DNA of 64,000 nt from an uncultured Bacilli bacterium (GTDB lineage: Bacteria; Bacillota_I; Bacilli_A; RF39; UBA660). Position numbers and translations under genes: made by a program. The notes under the pieces are model-generated. The model was not told the origin of the DNA, did no database searches, and was given only the letters and a program-made list of their open reading frames with translations. This document shows positions 31,833 through 42,797 of the stretch, piece by piece (positions within the stretch are counted from its first letter, which is position 1; every line of letters begins with the position of its first letter). The stretch is taken from NCBI GenBank assembly GCA_934098435.1, contig CAKOOV010000001.1:118185-182184 (forward strand), read 5' to 3'.

Positions 31833-32768
31833 ATGAAGAAGATATTATTAATAGTTATAATTGTTATTTTTGTTCCTTTTTTGATAGTTAACTTTTATAA
31901 AACACCAAAAATTAAAGAAATTAAGCTTAATTATGAATCTAATTATTTTATTAGAGTTAAAAGAACTTCTACTAATGAAATACAAAATATACCTTTTGAG
32001 GAATATATTGTTGGTGTTTTAGCGGGGGAAATGCCTATTTCTTTTGAAAAAGAAGCTTTTAAGGCACAAGCTGTGGCTGCTAGGAGCTATGCTCTTAAAC
32101 GTATCTTATATAACAAAGAAAATGATTATGATGTTGTTGATTCTGTTATGAATCAAGTCTATTTAGATGATAGTTATTTAAAGAATGCTTGGGGTGATAA
32201 TTATATAGTTAATATTAATAAACTTAGAGAGGCTGTTAATGAAACAACTTTGGAATATTTGGATTATAATGGGGAGGTTATTGATGCTATGTTTTTTTCT
32301 ACTAGTAATGGTTATACGGAGGATGCAGCTACGGTATTTAGTGTTGATTTGCCTTATTTGAAAAGTGTTAAATCAGGTTGGGATGAAAATACTAGTTCAG
32401 CTTTTAGATCTACTACAACGATGAGTATTAATGATTTTTATAGTAAACTTGGATTGGAAAATTCTGATAATTTTGATGTTAAGGTTTTAAAAAGAAGTAG
32501 TACTAATCGAATTATTACTATTAGTATTAATGGTAAAGAATTTTCTGCAAGAACTTTATATGATAAGCTTTCTTTAAAGTCGACTGATTTTTCTTTAAAG
32601 CGTGATGGTGATAAGGTAATTATTGATACTGTTGGATACGGTCATGGTGTTGGTATGAGTCAATATGGTGCTAAAGGTATGGCAGAAGAGGGATATAATT
32701 ACAAGGAAATTCTTAGTTATTATTATAGTGGTACTTCTATTAAAAAAATTAAAAATTTTGGTATATAA
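31833..32768 (+). CDS. spoIID: Stage II sporulation protein D (SpoIID/LytB domain lytic transglycosylase)
   Basis: AQAVAARSYAL, FFSTSNGYTEDA and GYGHGVGMSQYGA. Confidence 0.85.
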   Translation: MKKILLIVIIVIFVPFLIVNFYKTPKIKEIKLNYESNYFIRVKRTSTNEIQNIPFEEYIVGVLAGEMPISFEKEAFKAQAVAARSYALKRILYNKENDYDVVDSVMNQVYLDDSYLKNAWGDNYIVNINKLREAVNETTLEYLDYNGEVIDAMFFSTSNGYTEDAATVFSVDLPYLKSVKSGWDENTSSAFRSTTTMSINDFYSKLGLENSDNFDVKVLKRSSTNRIITISINGKEFSARTLYDKLSLKSTDFSLKRDGDKVIIDTVGYGHGVGMSQYGAKGMAEEGYNYKEILSYYYSGTSIKKIKNFGI

Positions 32769-32806
32769 TTATTTATTTAGGAAACAATTATATTAGAGGT
32801 GATAAT

Positions 32807-33448
32807 ATGAGAAAGGTAAGAATTAGAAACTCTTTTGTTCCTATAATATATGGAACTATTGTGGTAGTGTTTTTATTTGGTATGTATTTTGCTCAAAAAT
32901 ATGCTAAGGATTTGCTATTTAAAAATGATAGTAATCATAGATATGTTGATGGCGAAATTACTGAAAAAAGAGACAATGATATTCCTGTTGTTAATACAAG
33001 TAATTCTATTGTTAGACCTTATTTAGATAGTTCTGTTTCTATTGCTAAAACATTTTATGATTATACTGGAGATGAAAATGAACAAGAAAATTCTATAATT
33101 TATTATGAGGGTACTTATATGCAAAATAGTGGTGTTGATTATGCTAGTGATAATGTTTTTGATGTTATTAGTATTTTAGATGGTACTGTAATATTAGTGG
33201 AAAATAATGATCTTCTTGGTAGTACTATTCAAATAAGGCATAGTAACGATCTTATTAGTGTATATCAAAGTTTATCAGATGTTTCTGTAAAAAAAGATGA
33301 TAAAATTATTCAGGGACAAATAATTGCTAAGAGTGGAACTTCTAATATTAATAAAGAGCTAGGTAATCATTTGCATTTTGAATTATATTATAAGGGTAAG
33401 ATAGTTAATCCTGAAGAATATTATAATAAATCTATCGATGAACTTTAG
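32807..33448 (+). CDS. Membrane-anchored M23/LytM peptidase-domain protein, SpoIIQ-like by context
   Basis: N-terminal TM segment. LytM core GVDYA ... IRHSNDLISVYQSL ... GNHLHFELYYKG. It lies between spoIID and spoIIID, as in clostridial spoIIQ loci. Confidence 0.6.
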   Translation: MRKVRIRNSFVPIIYGTIVVVFLFGMYFAQKYAKDLLFKNDSNHRYVDGEITEKRDNDIPVVNTSNSIVRPYLDSSVSIAKTFYDYTGDENEQENSIIYYEGTYMQNSGVDYASDNVFDVISILDGTVILVENNDLLGSTIQIRHSNDLISVYQSLSDVSVKKDDKIIQGQIIAKSGTSNINKELGNHLHFELYYKGKIVNPEEYYNKSIDEL

Positions 33449-33507
33449 GCAGTAATGCCTTTTTTCATAATAATTCTTTTCTTTAATATTATATATTAGG
33501 TGATAAT

Positions 33508-33765
33508 ATGAGAAAAGATATTTATGATAGAGTAATTGGTGAAGCAAAATATTTGATTGATACTAATTCTACTATTAGAGAGATTGCTAGATTATTTGAT
33601 GTTTCTAAAAGCACTGTACATATGGATATGAGAGATAGACTTCCTTTGGTTGATGTTAATATGTATAATGAAGTGTCAAGTATTCTGAAATATCATATTG
33701 ATATTAAACATATTCGTGGGGGTGAGGCAACAAAAAGAAAGTTTTTAAGAAAAAATGTCGACTAA
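33508..33765 (+). CDS. spoIIID: Sporulation transcriptional regulator SpoIIID
   Basis: 85 aa. HTH TIREIARLFDVSKSTVHMDM and C-terminal IRGGEATKRKF. Confidence 0.88.
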   Translation: MRKDIYDRVIGEAKYLIDTNSTIREIARLFDVSKSTVHMDMRDRLPLVDVNMYNEVSSILKYHIDIKHIRGGEATKRKFLRKNVD

Positions 33766-33819
33766 GTAGTATAAAAAAAAGGTAAAATGTGGTAAAATGG
33801 TAATAAGGATGGTGATTTT

Positions 33820-34812
33820 GTGTTTAATAAAGATATTGGAATTGACTTGGGAACTGCGAATGTACTTATATATATTAAGGGTCAGGGTATTGTACTTAAT
33901 GAACCATCTGTCGTTGCTATTGATGCAGATACAAAAAAACCTTTGGCTGTTGGTACTGAGGCAAGAGAAATGTTAGGGCGTACACCTGGTAAAGTTAAAG
34001 CTATTAAACCTATGAAGGATGGAGTTATAGCAGATTATGATACTACTGAAGTTATGCTTAATTATTTTATTAAGAAAGTTAATGGAAAAAGTTTCTTTTC
34101 TAGACCTAGAATTTTGATTTGTTGTCCTTCTAATATTACTCAAGTTGAAAAAAATGCTATTAAAGAAGCTGCCGAAAGAACTGGCGCTAAAAAGGTTTAT
34201 TTGGAAGAAGAACCTAAAGTGGCTTCTATTGGTGCAGGAATGGATATATCTAAGCCTAGTGGTAATATGGTTATTGATATTGGTGGTGGTACTACTGATA
34301 TTGCTATTTTATCTTTAGGTGGTATTGTTGGAAGTTCTTCTATTAGAATTGCTGGTAATGCATTTGATAATGATATCGTTAAATATATTAAGGATAAATA
34401 TAAATTATTGGTTGGGGAAAGAACTGCTGAAGATATTAAGATTACTATAGGAACAGTTTTTCCTGGTTCAAGGAATGAAAAGATGGAAGTTAGAGGCCGT
34501 GATTTAGTTACTGGGCTTCCACATACTATAACTCTTACTAGTGATGAAGTGGAAGAGGCTTTAAGGGAAAGCATATATACTATTATACATGCTGTAAAGG
34601 GTATACTTGAACAGACTCCTCCTGAGCTATCTGCTGATATTATTGATAAAGGAATTGTTCTTACTGGTGGTGGTGCAATGATTGATGGTATTTCACAAAT
34701 TTTGGGTCAGGAATTAAAAGTACCTGTATTTATTGCAGAGTCTCCACTTACTTGTGTAGCGGAAGGAACAGGTATTCTTTTAGATAATTTATACATGTTA
34801 GAAAGGCAATAA
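33820..34812 (+). CDS. mreB: Rod-shape determining actin homologue MreB/Mbl
   Basis: IGIDLGTANVLIY, DIGGGTTDIA and LTGGGA. GTG start after AAGGATGGTGA. Confidence 0.92.
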   Translation: MFNKDIGIDLGTANVLIYIKGQGIVLNEPSVVAIDADTKKPLAVGTEAREMLGRTPGKVKAIKPMKDGVIADYDTTEVMLNYFIKKVNGKSFFSRPRILICCPSNITQVEKNAIKEAAERTGAKKVYLEEEPKVASIGAGMDISKPSGNMVIDIGGGTTDIAILSLGGIVGSSSIRIAGNAFDNDIVKYIKDKYKLLVGERTAEDIKITIGTVFPGSRNEKMEVRGRDLVTGLPHTITLTSDEVEEALRESIYTIIHAVKGILEQTPPELSADIIDKGIVLTGGGAMIDGISQILGQELKVPVFIAESPLTCVAEGTGILLDNLYMLERQ

Positions 34813-34915
34813 TAATTGTCTTTTTTTATTTTATTTGTGTAAATTATTTGTAAAAATTGTCTTTTTTGTTTTATTTATATATTTTTTTTGATACAATTAA
34901 GTGGAGGGTGATAAT

Positions 34916-35350
34916 ATGAAAATAGGTTTAGCAAGTGATCATAGAGGATATAGAGCTAAAGAAATGTTAAAGGAATATCTTGATGAATATAATATTATAG
35001 ATTATGGTACTGATAGTGATGAATCTACTGATTTTCCAATATATGCTACTAGGCTTGGAAAAGCTATTGCTAACCATGATGTCGATTTAGGTATTGCAAT
35101 ATGTGGTACTGGTATTGGTATGAGTATTTGTCTTAATAAAATTAAGGGTGTATACTGCGCTAAGGTTTCTAGTGAAAGTGAAGCTATATTATGTAGGAGT
35201 CATAATAATGCAAATGTTATTGCTATGAGTGAAGATATTAGTCCTGAACTTATGAAAAATATAGTTAATAAATTTATAGATACTTCTTTTTCTAATGTTA
35301 ATAAATATGTTAGAAGAAATGATATGATTAAGGAACTTGAAAATGATTAA
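34916..35350 (+). CDS. rpiB: Ribose-5-phosphate isomerase B
   Basis: KIGLASDHRGY and ICGTGIGMSI. Confidence 0.88.
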   Translation: MKIGLASDHRGYRAKEMLKEYLDEYNIIDYGTDSDESTDFPIYATRLGKAIANHDVDLGIAICGTGIGMSICLNKIKGVYCAKVSSESEAILCRSHNNANVIAMSEDISPELMKNIVNKFIDTSFSNVNKYVRRNDMIKELEND

Positions 35351-35531
35351 ATTTATTTTATATTTATTTATTATTCCATTAGTTATTTATGCTATGGATG
35401 GTATTAATATTAATGGTATATTTAAAAAGAATAAGATATATCAAGCTAGAATATTATATATTCTTTTTGTATTTGGTTTATCTTATTTGGTTTGTAATTT
35501 TTTATATGATTTTTTATATATTATAAAGTAA
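35343..35531 (+). CDS. Small two-TM membrane protein, DUF1146/YwzB-like
   Basis: 62 aa with two hydrophobic helices. The family assignment is from memory and uncertain. Confidence 0.4.
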   Translation: MIKFILYLFIIPLVIYAMDGININGIFKKNKIYQARILYILFVFGLSYLVCNFLYDFLYIIK

Positions 35532-35599
35532 GCATTATTTTGCTTTTTTTCTTTTATTTTTTGTAATACTATGATAAAATACTTACAGCAGGTGATTTA

Positions 35600-36583
35600 A
35601 TGATTAAAATTGGTAATATTGTTCTTGATAATAATGTTTTTTTGGCCCCTATGGCAGGTGTTTGTAATAGTGCTTTTAGAAGAATTATTAAAGAGGAAGG
35701 TTGTTCTTTAGTTTTTGCCGAAATGGTTAGTGATAAAGGACTTATACACGATAGCCAGAAGACTAAAGATATGCTTTATTGTGATGAATGTGAGAGGCCT
35801 ATTGCACAGCAAATTTTTGGTAGTGATAAAGATACTTTTGTGGAGGCTGCTAAAATGGTATATGATATTATGAGACCTGATATTATTGATATTAATATGG
35901 GGTGTCCAGTTCCTAAAGTTGCTATTAAATCACAAGCTGGAGCAGCACTTCTTAAATCTCCAGAAAAGATTAGAGATATTGTTAGTGCAGTAGTGGATGC
36001 TGTCCCTTGCCCTGTTACTGTTAAAATTAGAAGTGGCTGGGATAGTAATAGTATTAATGCGGTAGAAGTCGCTAAAATTTGTGAAGAGGCTGGTGCTAGT
36101 GCTATTACTATTCATGGTAGGACTCGTAGTCAAGGTTATAGTGGCACTGTTGATTTAGATATCATTAAAAAAGTTAAAGAAGCTGTTTCTATACCGGTAA
36201 TAGGTAATGGTGATATTAGAGATATTAAAAGTGCAGAGAAGATGTTATCTTATACTGGTTGTGATGCTATTATGATAGGTAGAGGTGTTTTAGGGAATCC
36301 TTGGCTTATGAAAGAAATTATTACTTATTTAAATACTGGTCTAGTTATTCCTAAACCCACTTATAAAGAAAGAATTGATATGTGTATTCATCATTTGAAT
36401 TATTTACTTGAAATTAAATGTGAGAAAGTAGCTGTACTTGAAATGAGAAGTCATGTATCTTGGTATTTAAAAGGTCTTCCTAATGTGCAAAATGTAAAGA
36501 ATGATATTTTTAAGGTTAAAACTAGTGATGAAATGATGAAAATTCTTAATAACTATTTAAAAGAACTTGAAAATGATGTATAA
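35600..36583 (+). CDS. dusB: tRNA dihydrouridine synthase (DusB type)
   Basis: LAPMAGVCNSAFRR, INMGCPVPKV and TIHGRTR. Confidence 0.88.
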   Translation: MIKIGNIVLDNNVFLAPMAGVCNSAFRRIIKEEGCSLVFAEMVSDKGLIHDSQKTKDMLYCDECERPIAQQIFGSDKDTFVEAAKMVYDIMRPDIIDINMGCPVPKVAIKSQAGAALLKSPEKIRDIVSAVVDAVPCPVTVKIRSGWDSNSINAVEVAKICEEAGASAITIHGRTRSQGYSGTVDLDIIKKVKEAVSIPVIGNGDIRDIKSAEKMLSYTGCDAIMIGRGVLGNPWLMKEIITYLNTGLVIPKPTYKERIDMCIHHLNYLLEIKCEKVAVLEMRSHVSWYLKGLPNVQNVKNDIFKVKTSDEMMKILNNYLKELENDV

Positions 36584-36603
36584 TGTATTAAGGAGCTGAT
36601 TTT

Positions 36604-37191
36604 ATGAAAACAAGTTTTTTTAAACGCGTAATGGCTTTTTGTTTTGATTATTTTATTTTAACTTTAGTTTTGTCTTTTATTACTATGGGGTTTAATACTG
36701 ATAGTAGAAGTTTTTATACTGAAATTGGAAATATTGAAAAAGAATATAAAAATGGAAATATTGACATTTTAGAATATAATAATAGGTTAATGGAATTAGA
36801 ATATGATTTTCAAAAAAGCAATCTTCCAGTTAATGGTATTAATTTAGCATTATTTGTTGGTTATTTTATTGTTTTTTGTTATTTGAATAAGGGACAAACC
36901 TTAGGTAAAAAATTATTTAAAATAAGAGTTGTTGATAAAGATGGTGGTAATGTTAAGTTGTCTTCTTTAATTGTTAGAAGTTTGTTTATATATGGTATTG
37001 TATCATGTATTTACTCTATTATTTGTACTTTGTTTTTACCTAGTAATGTGTTTATTTATAGTTATAAATGGGTTGTTAATATAGAAACTATGTTATTATT
37101 TGCTTGTTTTCTTACTGCTATGTATAGGAAAGATGGTAAGGGGTTACATGATTTGATTAGTAAAACTAATGTTATAGGAGAGGTGAAATAA
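36604..37191 (+). CDS. RDD-family membrane protein
   Basis: FKRVMAFCFDYFIL N-terminus, GQTLGKKLFKIRVV and three or more TM segments. Confidence 0.6.
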   Translation: MKTSFFKRVMAFCFDYFILTLVLSFITMGFNTDSRSFYTEIGNIEKEYKNGNIDILEYNNRLMELEYDFQKSNLPVNGINLALFVGYFIVFCYLNKGQTLGKKLFKIRVVDKDGGNVKLSSLIVRSLFIYGIVSCIYSIICTLFLPSNVFIYSYKWVVNIETMLLFACFLTAMYRKDGKGLHDLISKTNVIGEVK

Positions 37192-37192
37192 A

Positions 37193-38659
37193 ATGGAAAG
37201 AAGTGAACAGGAATTAGTTAGAATTGAAAAATTGGATAAGATTAGTGAATTTTGTAATCCTTATCCTGATAGATATGATAGAACTCATACATTGAAAGAA
37301 GCTAGATTGCTTTCTGATGGTACTACTGATGTTAGAATTGCTGGTAGAATTGTTTTTATGAGAAAGATGGGGAAGCTTAGTTTTATTCGTATTCGTGATA
37401 TTGAAGCTGATATGCAACTTGAAATGAAGATTGATGTTGTTGGCGAAGATAATTATGATTTCTTTAAAAAGCAAATAGATACTGGTGATTTTATTGGAGC
37501 AGAAGGTGAAATATTTACAACTCAAACTGGTGAAAAAACTCTAAGAGTACATAATTTTAATTTCTTAGGTAAAGCTTTAAGGCCTTTACCTGAAAAATTC
37601 CATGGTCTTACTGATACTGAAATAAAGTATAGGCAAAGATATGTTGATTTAATTATGAATGAGGAAACGAGACGTGTTTTTTTAGGTAGAAGTAAATTAT
37701 ATGCTTTTATACATAGATATTTAGGAGAAAATGGTTTCTTGGAAGTTGAAACTCCTATTTTACAAAATGCTGTTAGTGGTGCTTCTGCTAAACCATTTTA
37801 TACTCATCATAATGCTTTGGATATTGACTGTAATCTTAGAATTGCACCTGAAACTTACTTAAAGCAATGTATCGCTGGTGGTTTTGATAGGGTATATGAG
37901 GTTGCTAAATGTTTTAGAAATGAGGGAATGGATCCTCAGCATTTACAAGAGTTTACTCAAGTAGAATGGTATGTTTCTTATTGGAATTATGAGGATACTA
38001 TTAAATTCTACAAGGGATTTATGCAAAATTTATTATTGGAACTAGTAGGAAAGACAGAGATTGAATATCAAAGTCATGTACTTGATTTTGGTGATAGAGA
38101 ATGGAAGAGAATTAACTATGTTGAAGAAATGAGAAAGGTATTTGGTTTTGATTTTCTTGATATAGATGAGCCTAGTGTTCTTAAAGATAAGATTGTTCAA
38201 AGCGGTTTATATTCTTATAATGATTTGGAAGAGTATAAATCTGTTAGTCAAATTATTGATTTTGTATATAAGAGACAAATCCGTGAGAATATTATTGAGC
38301 CTACTATTATATATAACTATCCTGCTGTGATGATGCCACTTACTAGAAGAAATGATGAAGATAGCAGAATGGTTGATATGTTCCAGGTTGTTGCATGTGG
38401 TACTGAACTTTGTAAGGCTTATTCAGAACTTGTTAATCCTAAAACACAAAGAGAGGCTTTTGAAGATCAACTTAAAGCTAAGGCACAAGGCGATGATGAG
38501 ACTATGGATGTTGATGAAGGATTTTTGCTTGCTATGGAACAAGGAATGCCTCCTATTAGCGGGCTTGGTTTTGGTATTGATAGACTTCTTATGATAATCT
38601 TTGACCAACCTTCTATTAGGGATGTTGTATTATTTCCTCAAATGAAGGATAAAAAATAA
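37193..38659 (+). CDS. lysS: Lysine--tRNA ligase (class II)
   Basis: OB-fold N-domain and class II motifs FLEVETPIL, CFRNEGMD and GLGFGIDRLLM. Confidence 0.95.
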   Translation: MERSEQELVRIEKLDKISEFCNPYPDRYDRTHTLKEARLLSDGTTDVRIAGRIVFMRKMGKLSFIRIRDIEADMQLEMKIDVVGEDNYDFFKKQIDTGDFIGAEGEIFTTQTGEKTLRVHNFNFLGKALRPLPEKFHGLTDTEIKYRQRYVDLIMNEETRRVFLGRSKLYAFIHRYLGENGFLEVETPILQNAVSGASAKPFYTHHNALDIDCNLRIAPETYLKQCIAGGFDRVYEVAKCFRNEGMDPQHLQEFTQVEWYVSYWNYEDTIKFYKGFMQNLLLELVGKTEIEYQSHVLDFGDREWKRINYVEEMRKVFGFDFLDIDEPSVLKDKIVQSGLYSYNDLEEYKSVSQIIDFVYKRQIRENIIEPTIIYNYPAVMMPLTRRNDEDSRMVDMFQVVACGTELCKAYSELVNPKTQREAFEDQLKAKAQGDDETMDVDEGFLLAMEQGMPPISGLGFGIDRLLMIIFDQPSIRDVVLFPQMKDKK

Positions 38660-38769
38660 TTAATTAACTTTAATAAATCGTTATAAAATAAGGGAAAAAC
38701 TATATAAATTTTCTCTTTTTTATTTACTTTTATTCTAGTTGTGCTATAATTATGTTAGAGGAGGTTATT

Positions 38770-40227
38770 ATGAAAAAACATAGTTTATTTAAAGTAATAT
38801 TAATTGTTTTAGGTTCACTTATAGCAGTAGATGCAGTTTTAGCTATACTTGGTGTTTGTGGTGTAAAAGGTTTAAAAGATGTTTATACTATGATACCACT
38901 TGGTGATGTTTTGATTAACTTTGTACAATCATTTTATTATTTCTTTGATACTGTAGTTTATTTATTAGTACTTGGAGCTTTCTATGGTGTATTAAATAAA
39001 GTTCCTGCTTATAAGAAATTAGTAGATAATGTAGCACAAAAAGTTAAGTCTAATAGTAAATTATTTGTATTTATTATTACTGGCATATTTGCTGTTTTAA
39101 CTTCACTTACTGGTTTAACTAATGTACTTCTTATATTTGTACCATTTGCAATTGCTATAATCTTATTACTTGGTTATGATAAGTTGGTTGCTATTAGTTC
39201 TACAATTGTTGCAATGTTAGTGGGATTTATGGGTGGTTTATATGTAACATTTAGAGATCCTAGTAATTATTATGGCTATTCTGCTACTACAATTGAAGGA
39301 TTGACTGGTATTGAACTTTCTAGTACTATATGGTTCAAACTTGCTATATTAGTATTTGGTACTGCTTTACTTATTTTCTTTATTAATAGGTATATTAATA
39401 ATGTTAAGGATAAGAAAGTTAAATATGAATTAAACGAGAATGACTCTGTAGTTGCTACTGAAGTTAAAGGAGATTATAAAGAAATTAGAACTTGGCCTAT
39501 GATTGCTATATTTGCTATTATATTTGTTATATTATTATTAGGACTATTACCTTGGAATTCTTTGTTTGGTATTACATGTTTTGATAGTTTTAACGAATGG
39601 TTATTAGGTTTGAAAATTGGAGAATTTACTATATTTTCTAATATTATTTCTAATAATATGACTGCATTTGGTAATTGGGCAAGTTTAGGTTCTTATATGT
39701 CAATTATTATAACTTTGATTTTATTTACTTTATTAATTAAATTTATTTATAAAGTTAAATTTAATGATGTTATTGATAATTTTGTAAGTGGATCTAAAAA
39801 AATGGTACCTATGATATTTATTATTATTCTTAGTTATGCTATATTGGTTAGTACATATAATCATGGCTTTATAGCTAATATTATTAATTGGCTTAATGAT
39901 ACTAAATTGGGTATTAATGTTGTTACTGCTTCATTAATTACTATGCTAGGTACTTTGTTACATTCTGATTTATATTATACTATAGCGGGAGTATATTCTA
40001 ATATCATCGCTACTATAACTGATAAATCATTAATGTCATTATATGCTATTACTTTTCAAAGTGTATATGGTTTAACTTCAATTATTGCACCTACTAGTTT
40101 CTTAGTAATATTTGCACTTAAATATTTTGATGTTCCTTATACTACTTGGTTTAAGTATATATGGAGATTTGTACTTATGCTATTCTTACTTGTAATATTA
40201 GTATTACTTGTACTTGCATTGGTATAA
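38770..40227 (+). CDS. Multi-pass membrane transporter, YfcC-family-like
   Basis: About 12 hydrophobic segments. LVLGAFYGVLNK ... LLLGYDKLVA resembles the YfcC pattern from memory. ATG after AGAGGAGG. Confidence 0.45.
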   Translation: MKKHSLFKVILIVLGSLIAVDAVLAILGVCGVKGLKDVYTMIPLGDVLINFVQSFYYFFDTVVYLLVLGAFYGVLNKVPAYKKLVDNVAQKVKSNSKLFVFIITGIFAVLTSLTGLTNVLLIFVPFAIAIILLLGYDKLVAISSTIVAMLVGFMGGLYVTFRDPSNYYGYSATTIEGLTGIELSSTIWFKLAILVFGTALLIFFINRYINNVKDKKVKYELNENDSVVATEVKGDYKEIRTWPMIAIFAIIFVILLLGLLPWNSLFGITCFDSFNEWLLGLKIGEFTIFSNIISNNMTAFGNWASLGSYMSIIITLILFTLLIKFIYKVKFNDVIDNFVSGSKKMVPMIFIIILSYAILVSTYNHGFIANIINWLNDTKLGINVVTASLITMLGTLLHSDLYYTIAGVYSNIIATITDKSLMSLYAITFQSVYGLTSIIAPTSFLVIFALKYFDVPYTTWFKYIWRFVLMLFLLVILVLLVLALV

Positions 40228-40465
40228 TAATCTTATTTTAGATATCTATCTTTTGATAGATGTCTTTTTTTGATATTATTATTTTTATTTCTTTTTATTG
40301 TACTTATTAATTTTTTTGTTATATTTTTTTGTTATAAATAAAATTTTTGCGATAATCAAAAGCATTTTATTGATTATATTATAAAATGTCTTTTTTTATT
40401 GTTTAAAATATTTAATTATATATCATTATATTCATAGGATATATATGAAAGGAGAAATTAGAATA

Positions 40466-42775
40466 ATGATAGGTAATTTTAATGATGAAGCGCAAAATAT
40501 ATTAAATAATGCAAAGAAAGAGATGAATAATTTGGGGCATCCTTATATTGGTACTGAGCATTTGCTTCTTTCTATTTTAAATAGTGATTGTGATATTGTT
40601 AATAGGCTTAATGAATATGGTCTTACTTATAGTTCTTTTAAAGAAGAGTTATGTAAAGTAGTTGGTGTTACAAACAAAAAGGCTGAATTTTTTTTATATA
40701 CTCCTTTGCTTCGTAAGGTTATTTCTTCTTCAATTATTGATGCTAAGGAAAATAACAATGGGGAAATTACTATTGAGCATTTATTTTTTGCTATGTTAGA
40801 AGAGGGGGAAGGTATTGCTATTAGAATTCTTATAGGAATGGAAATTGATATTGAAGCTATGTATGATGATTTTTCTATTAGTTTAGTTAGAAATTCTAAG
40901 AAAAATAAAAAAAAGAATCTACTTATATATGATTTAGGAATTGACCTTACCAAACAGGCTATGAACAATGATCTTGATCCAGTCGTTGGGAGAGATAAAG
41001 AAGTTAGGAGAGTTATGGAAATTTTATGTCGTAGGACTAAAAATAATCCTATACTTATTGGAGAAGCTGGTGTAGGTAAGACTGCTATTGTAGAGGAATT
41101 GGCTAGGTTTATAGCCAATAACGATGTTCCTAATCTTCTTATAGGTAAAAGAATTATTTCTCTTGATATGGCTACTATGGTTGCAGGTACTAAGTATCGT
41201 GGTGAGTTTGAAGAAAGAATGAAAAAAATTATTAAGGAGATTGAGGATAATAATGATATTATTTTATTTATTGATGAAATTCATACTTTAGTTGGCGCTG
41301 GTGGTGCAGAAGGAGCTATTGATGCTTCTAATATTTTAAAACCCGCTTTGGCTAGGGGAAAAATTAGATGTATTGGTGCTACTACTACTTCTGAATATAA
41401 AAAATTTATTGAAAATGATTCGGCATTAGAAAGAAGATTTCAAAAAGTTATTATTGAGGAACCATCTGTTGATAAAACTAGAAATATATTAATTAAGCTT
41501 AAACCTATATATGAAAAATATCATAATGTTATTTTATCTAATAATATGATAGATACTATTATTAATTTATCTGAAAAATATGTTTTTGATAGAAATAGAC
41601 CTGATAGAGAAATTGATATTTTGGATGAGGTTTCTTCAAGAGTGGGTATTAGGGAATGTAACAATATTAGTGAGTTTAATAATATTAAGAAGAAATTAGA
41701 TGATCTTCAAAAGAAAAGAAATAGTTATATTATTGACAATAATATTGAAAAAGCATATGAGATAAGAAAAAATGAGACTAAGCTTATGGCTCTTCTTAAT
41801 GAAATGGAACTTAATAATAAGAAAGTTAAGAATGAAGTTCTATTTAGCGACGTTGCTAGTGTTATTAGTGATAGGACTGGGGTTCCTATTGATGAACTTA
41901 CTGATTTTAATGGAACTTTTATTAATAATTTGTCTTTAATTTTACATGCAAGTATTATAGGGCAGGATACTGCTATTAATTCTCTTATTTCTGTGACTAA
42001 AAAGATTAAAATGGGATATCGAGATAAGTGTTATTCTTTCTTATTTGTTGGACCTAGTGGAGTTGGCAAGACAGAAATGGCAAAACGTTATGCTTCTTTA
42101 TTGGTGGGGGAGGATAATTTTATTAGGCTTGATATGAGTGAATATTCTGATGCTACTTCTGTTAACAAGATTATTGGTTCTTCTCCGGGATATGTCGGCT
42201 ATGATGATAATAGAAATTTTTTGGAAGAGGTTAGAAGTAAACCTAATTGTGTAATACTTTTAGATGAAATTGATAAGGCACATCCAAATGTTATTAATTT
42301 GTTTTATCAGATATTGGAGGAAGGGAAAATTAAAAATTCTAAAGGGGTAACTGTTAGGTTTGATAATTCTATTATTATTATGACTTCTAATATTGGCTTT
42401 GAGAGAAATGGTATTGGTTTTAATTGTTCTAATAATAATGTTATTAATAGTTTAAAGAATTGTTTTAATTTGGCTTTTATTAATAGAATTGATAATGTTA
42501 TTACTTTTAATAGACTTAATATTGATAATATTAAATATATTATTGATAAGGAAATTGAAAAAATTAAGAATAAATATACTGATATTGATATTGTTTTATC
42601 AGATAATATTATTAATGATATTGTTATGAAAAGTGAATATGAAGAATTTGGCGCCAGGAGAATTTCAAAGATTATTTCTAAGTATATTGAAAATGTTGTT
42701 ATTGATTCTGTTATTAGTAATAATAAAGTGGTTGTTATTGATTCATTAGATAATAAAAACAATATCACTATTTGA
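40466..42775 (+). CDS. clpC: ATP-dependent Clp protease ATP-binding subunit (ClpC-like class I AAA+)
   Basis: Clp_N repeats ([15 protein letters not shown]), two Walker A motifs ([12 protein letters not shown] and [12 protein letters not shown]), and [10 protein letters not shown]. Confidence 0.85.
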   Translation: MIGNFNDEAQNILNNAKKEMNNLGHPYIGTEHLLLSILNSDCDIVNRLNEYGLTYSSFKEELCKVVGVTNKKAEFFLYTPLLRKVISSSIIDAKENNNGEITIEHLFFAMLEEGEGIAIRILIGMEIDIEAMYDDFSISLVRNSKKNKKKNLLIYDLGIDLTKQAMNNDLDPVVGRDKEVRRVMEILCRRTKNNPILIGEAGVGKTAIVEELARFIANNDVPNLLIGKRIISLDMATMVAGTKYRGEFEERMKKIIKEIEDNNDIILFIDEIHTLVGAGGAEGAIDASNILKPALARGKIRCIGATTTSEYKKFIENDSALERRFQKVIIEEPSVDKTRNILIKLKPIYEKYHNVILSNNMIDTIINLSEKYVFDRNRPDREIDILDEVSSRVGIRECNNISEFNNIKKKLDDLQKKRNSYIIDNNIEKAYEIRKNETKLMALLNEMELNNKKVKNEVLFSDVASVISDRTGVPIDELTDFNGTFINNLSLILHASIIGQDTAINSLISVTKKIKMGYRDKCYSFLFVGPSGVGKTEMAKRYASLLVGEDNFIRLDMSEYSDATSVNKIIGSSPGYVGYDDNRNFLEEVRSKPNCVILLDEIDKAHPNVINLFYQILEEGKIKNSKGVTVRFDNSIIIMTSNIGFERNGIGFNCSNNNVINSLKNCFNLAFINRIDNVITFNRLNIDNIKYIIDKEIEKIKNKYTDIDIVLSDNIINDIVMKSEYEEFGARRISKIISKYIENVVIDSVISNNKVVVIDSLDNKNNITI

Positions 42776-42785
42776 TATTGTTTTT
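42756..42785. terminator. Hairpin between convergent clpC and the CapA-like gene
   Basis: AAAACAATATCA / TGATATTGTTTT stem overlapping the clpC stop, flanked by A- and T-runs. Confidence 0.55.
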
Positions 42786-42797
42786 ATTAATATGATT

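Noticed and set aside
34814-34876. Two similar AATTGTCTTTTTT(T/G)TTTTATTT segments after mreB, considered as a meaningful repeat.
   Set aside because: The first copy is simply the mreB terminator (GGCAAT/ATTGTC plus Ts). The second is short, T-rich and lacks a stem, so it is probably low-complexity coincidence.
40352-40377. Inverted repeat ATAATCAA-N10-TTGATTAT upstream of clpC, considered as a CtsR operator.
   Set aside because: It does not resemble the CtsR heptad direct repeat (GGTCAAA-type). An 8-bp A/T-rich inverted repeat is weak evidence in this composition.
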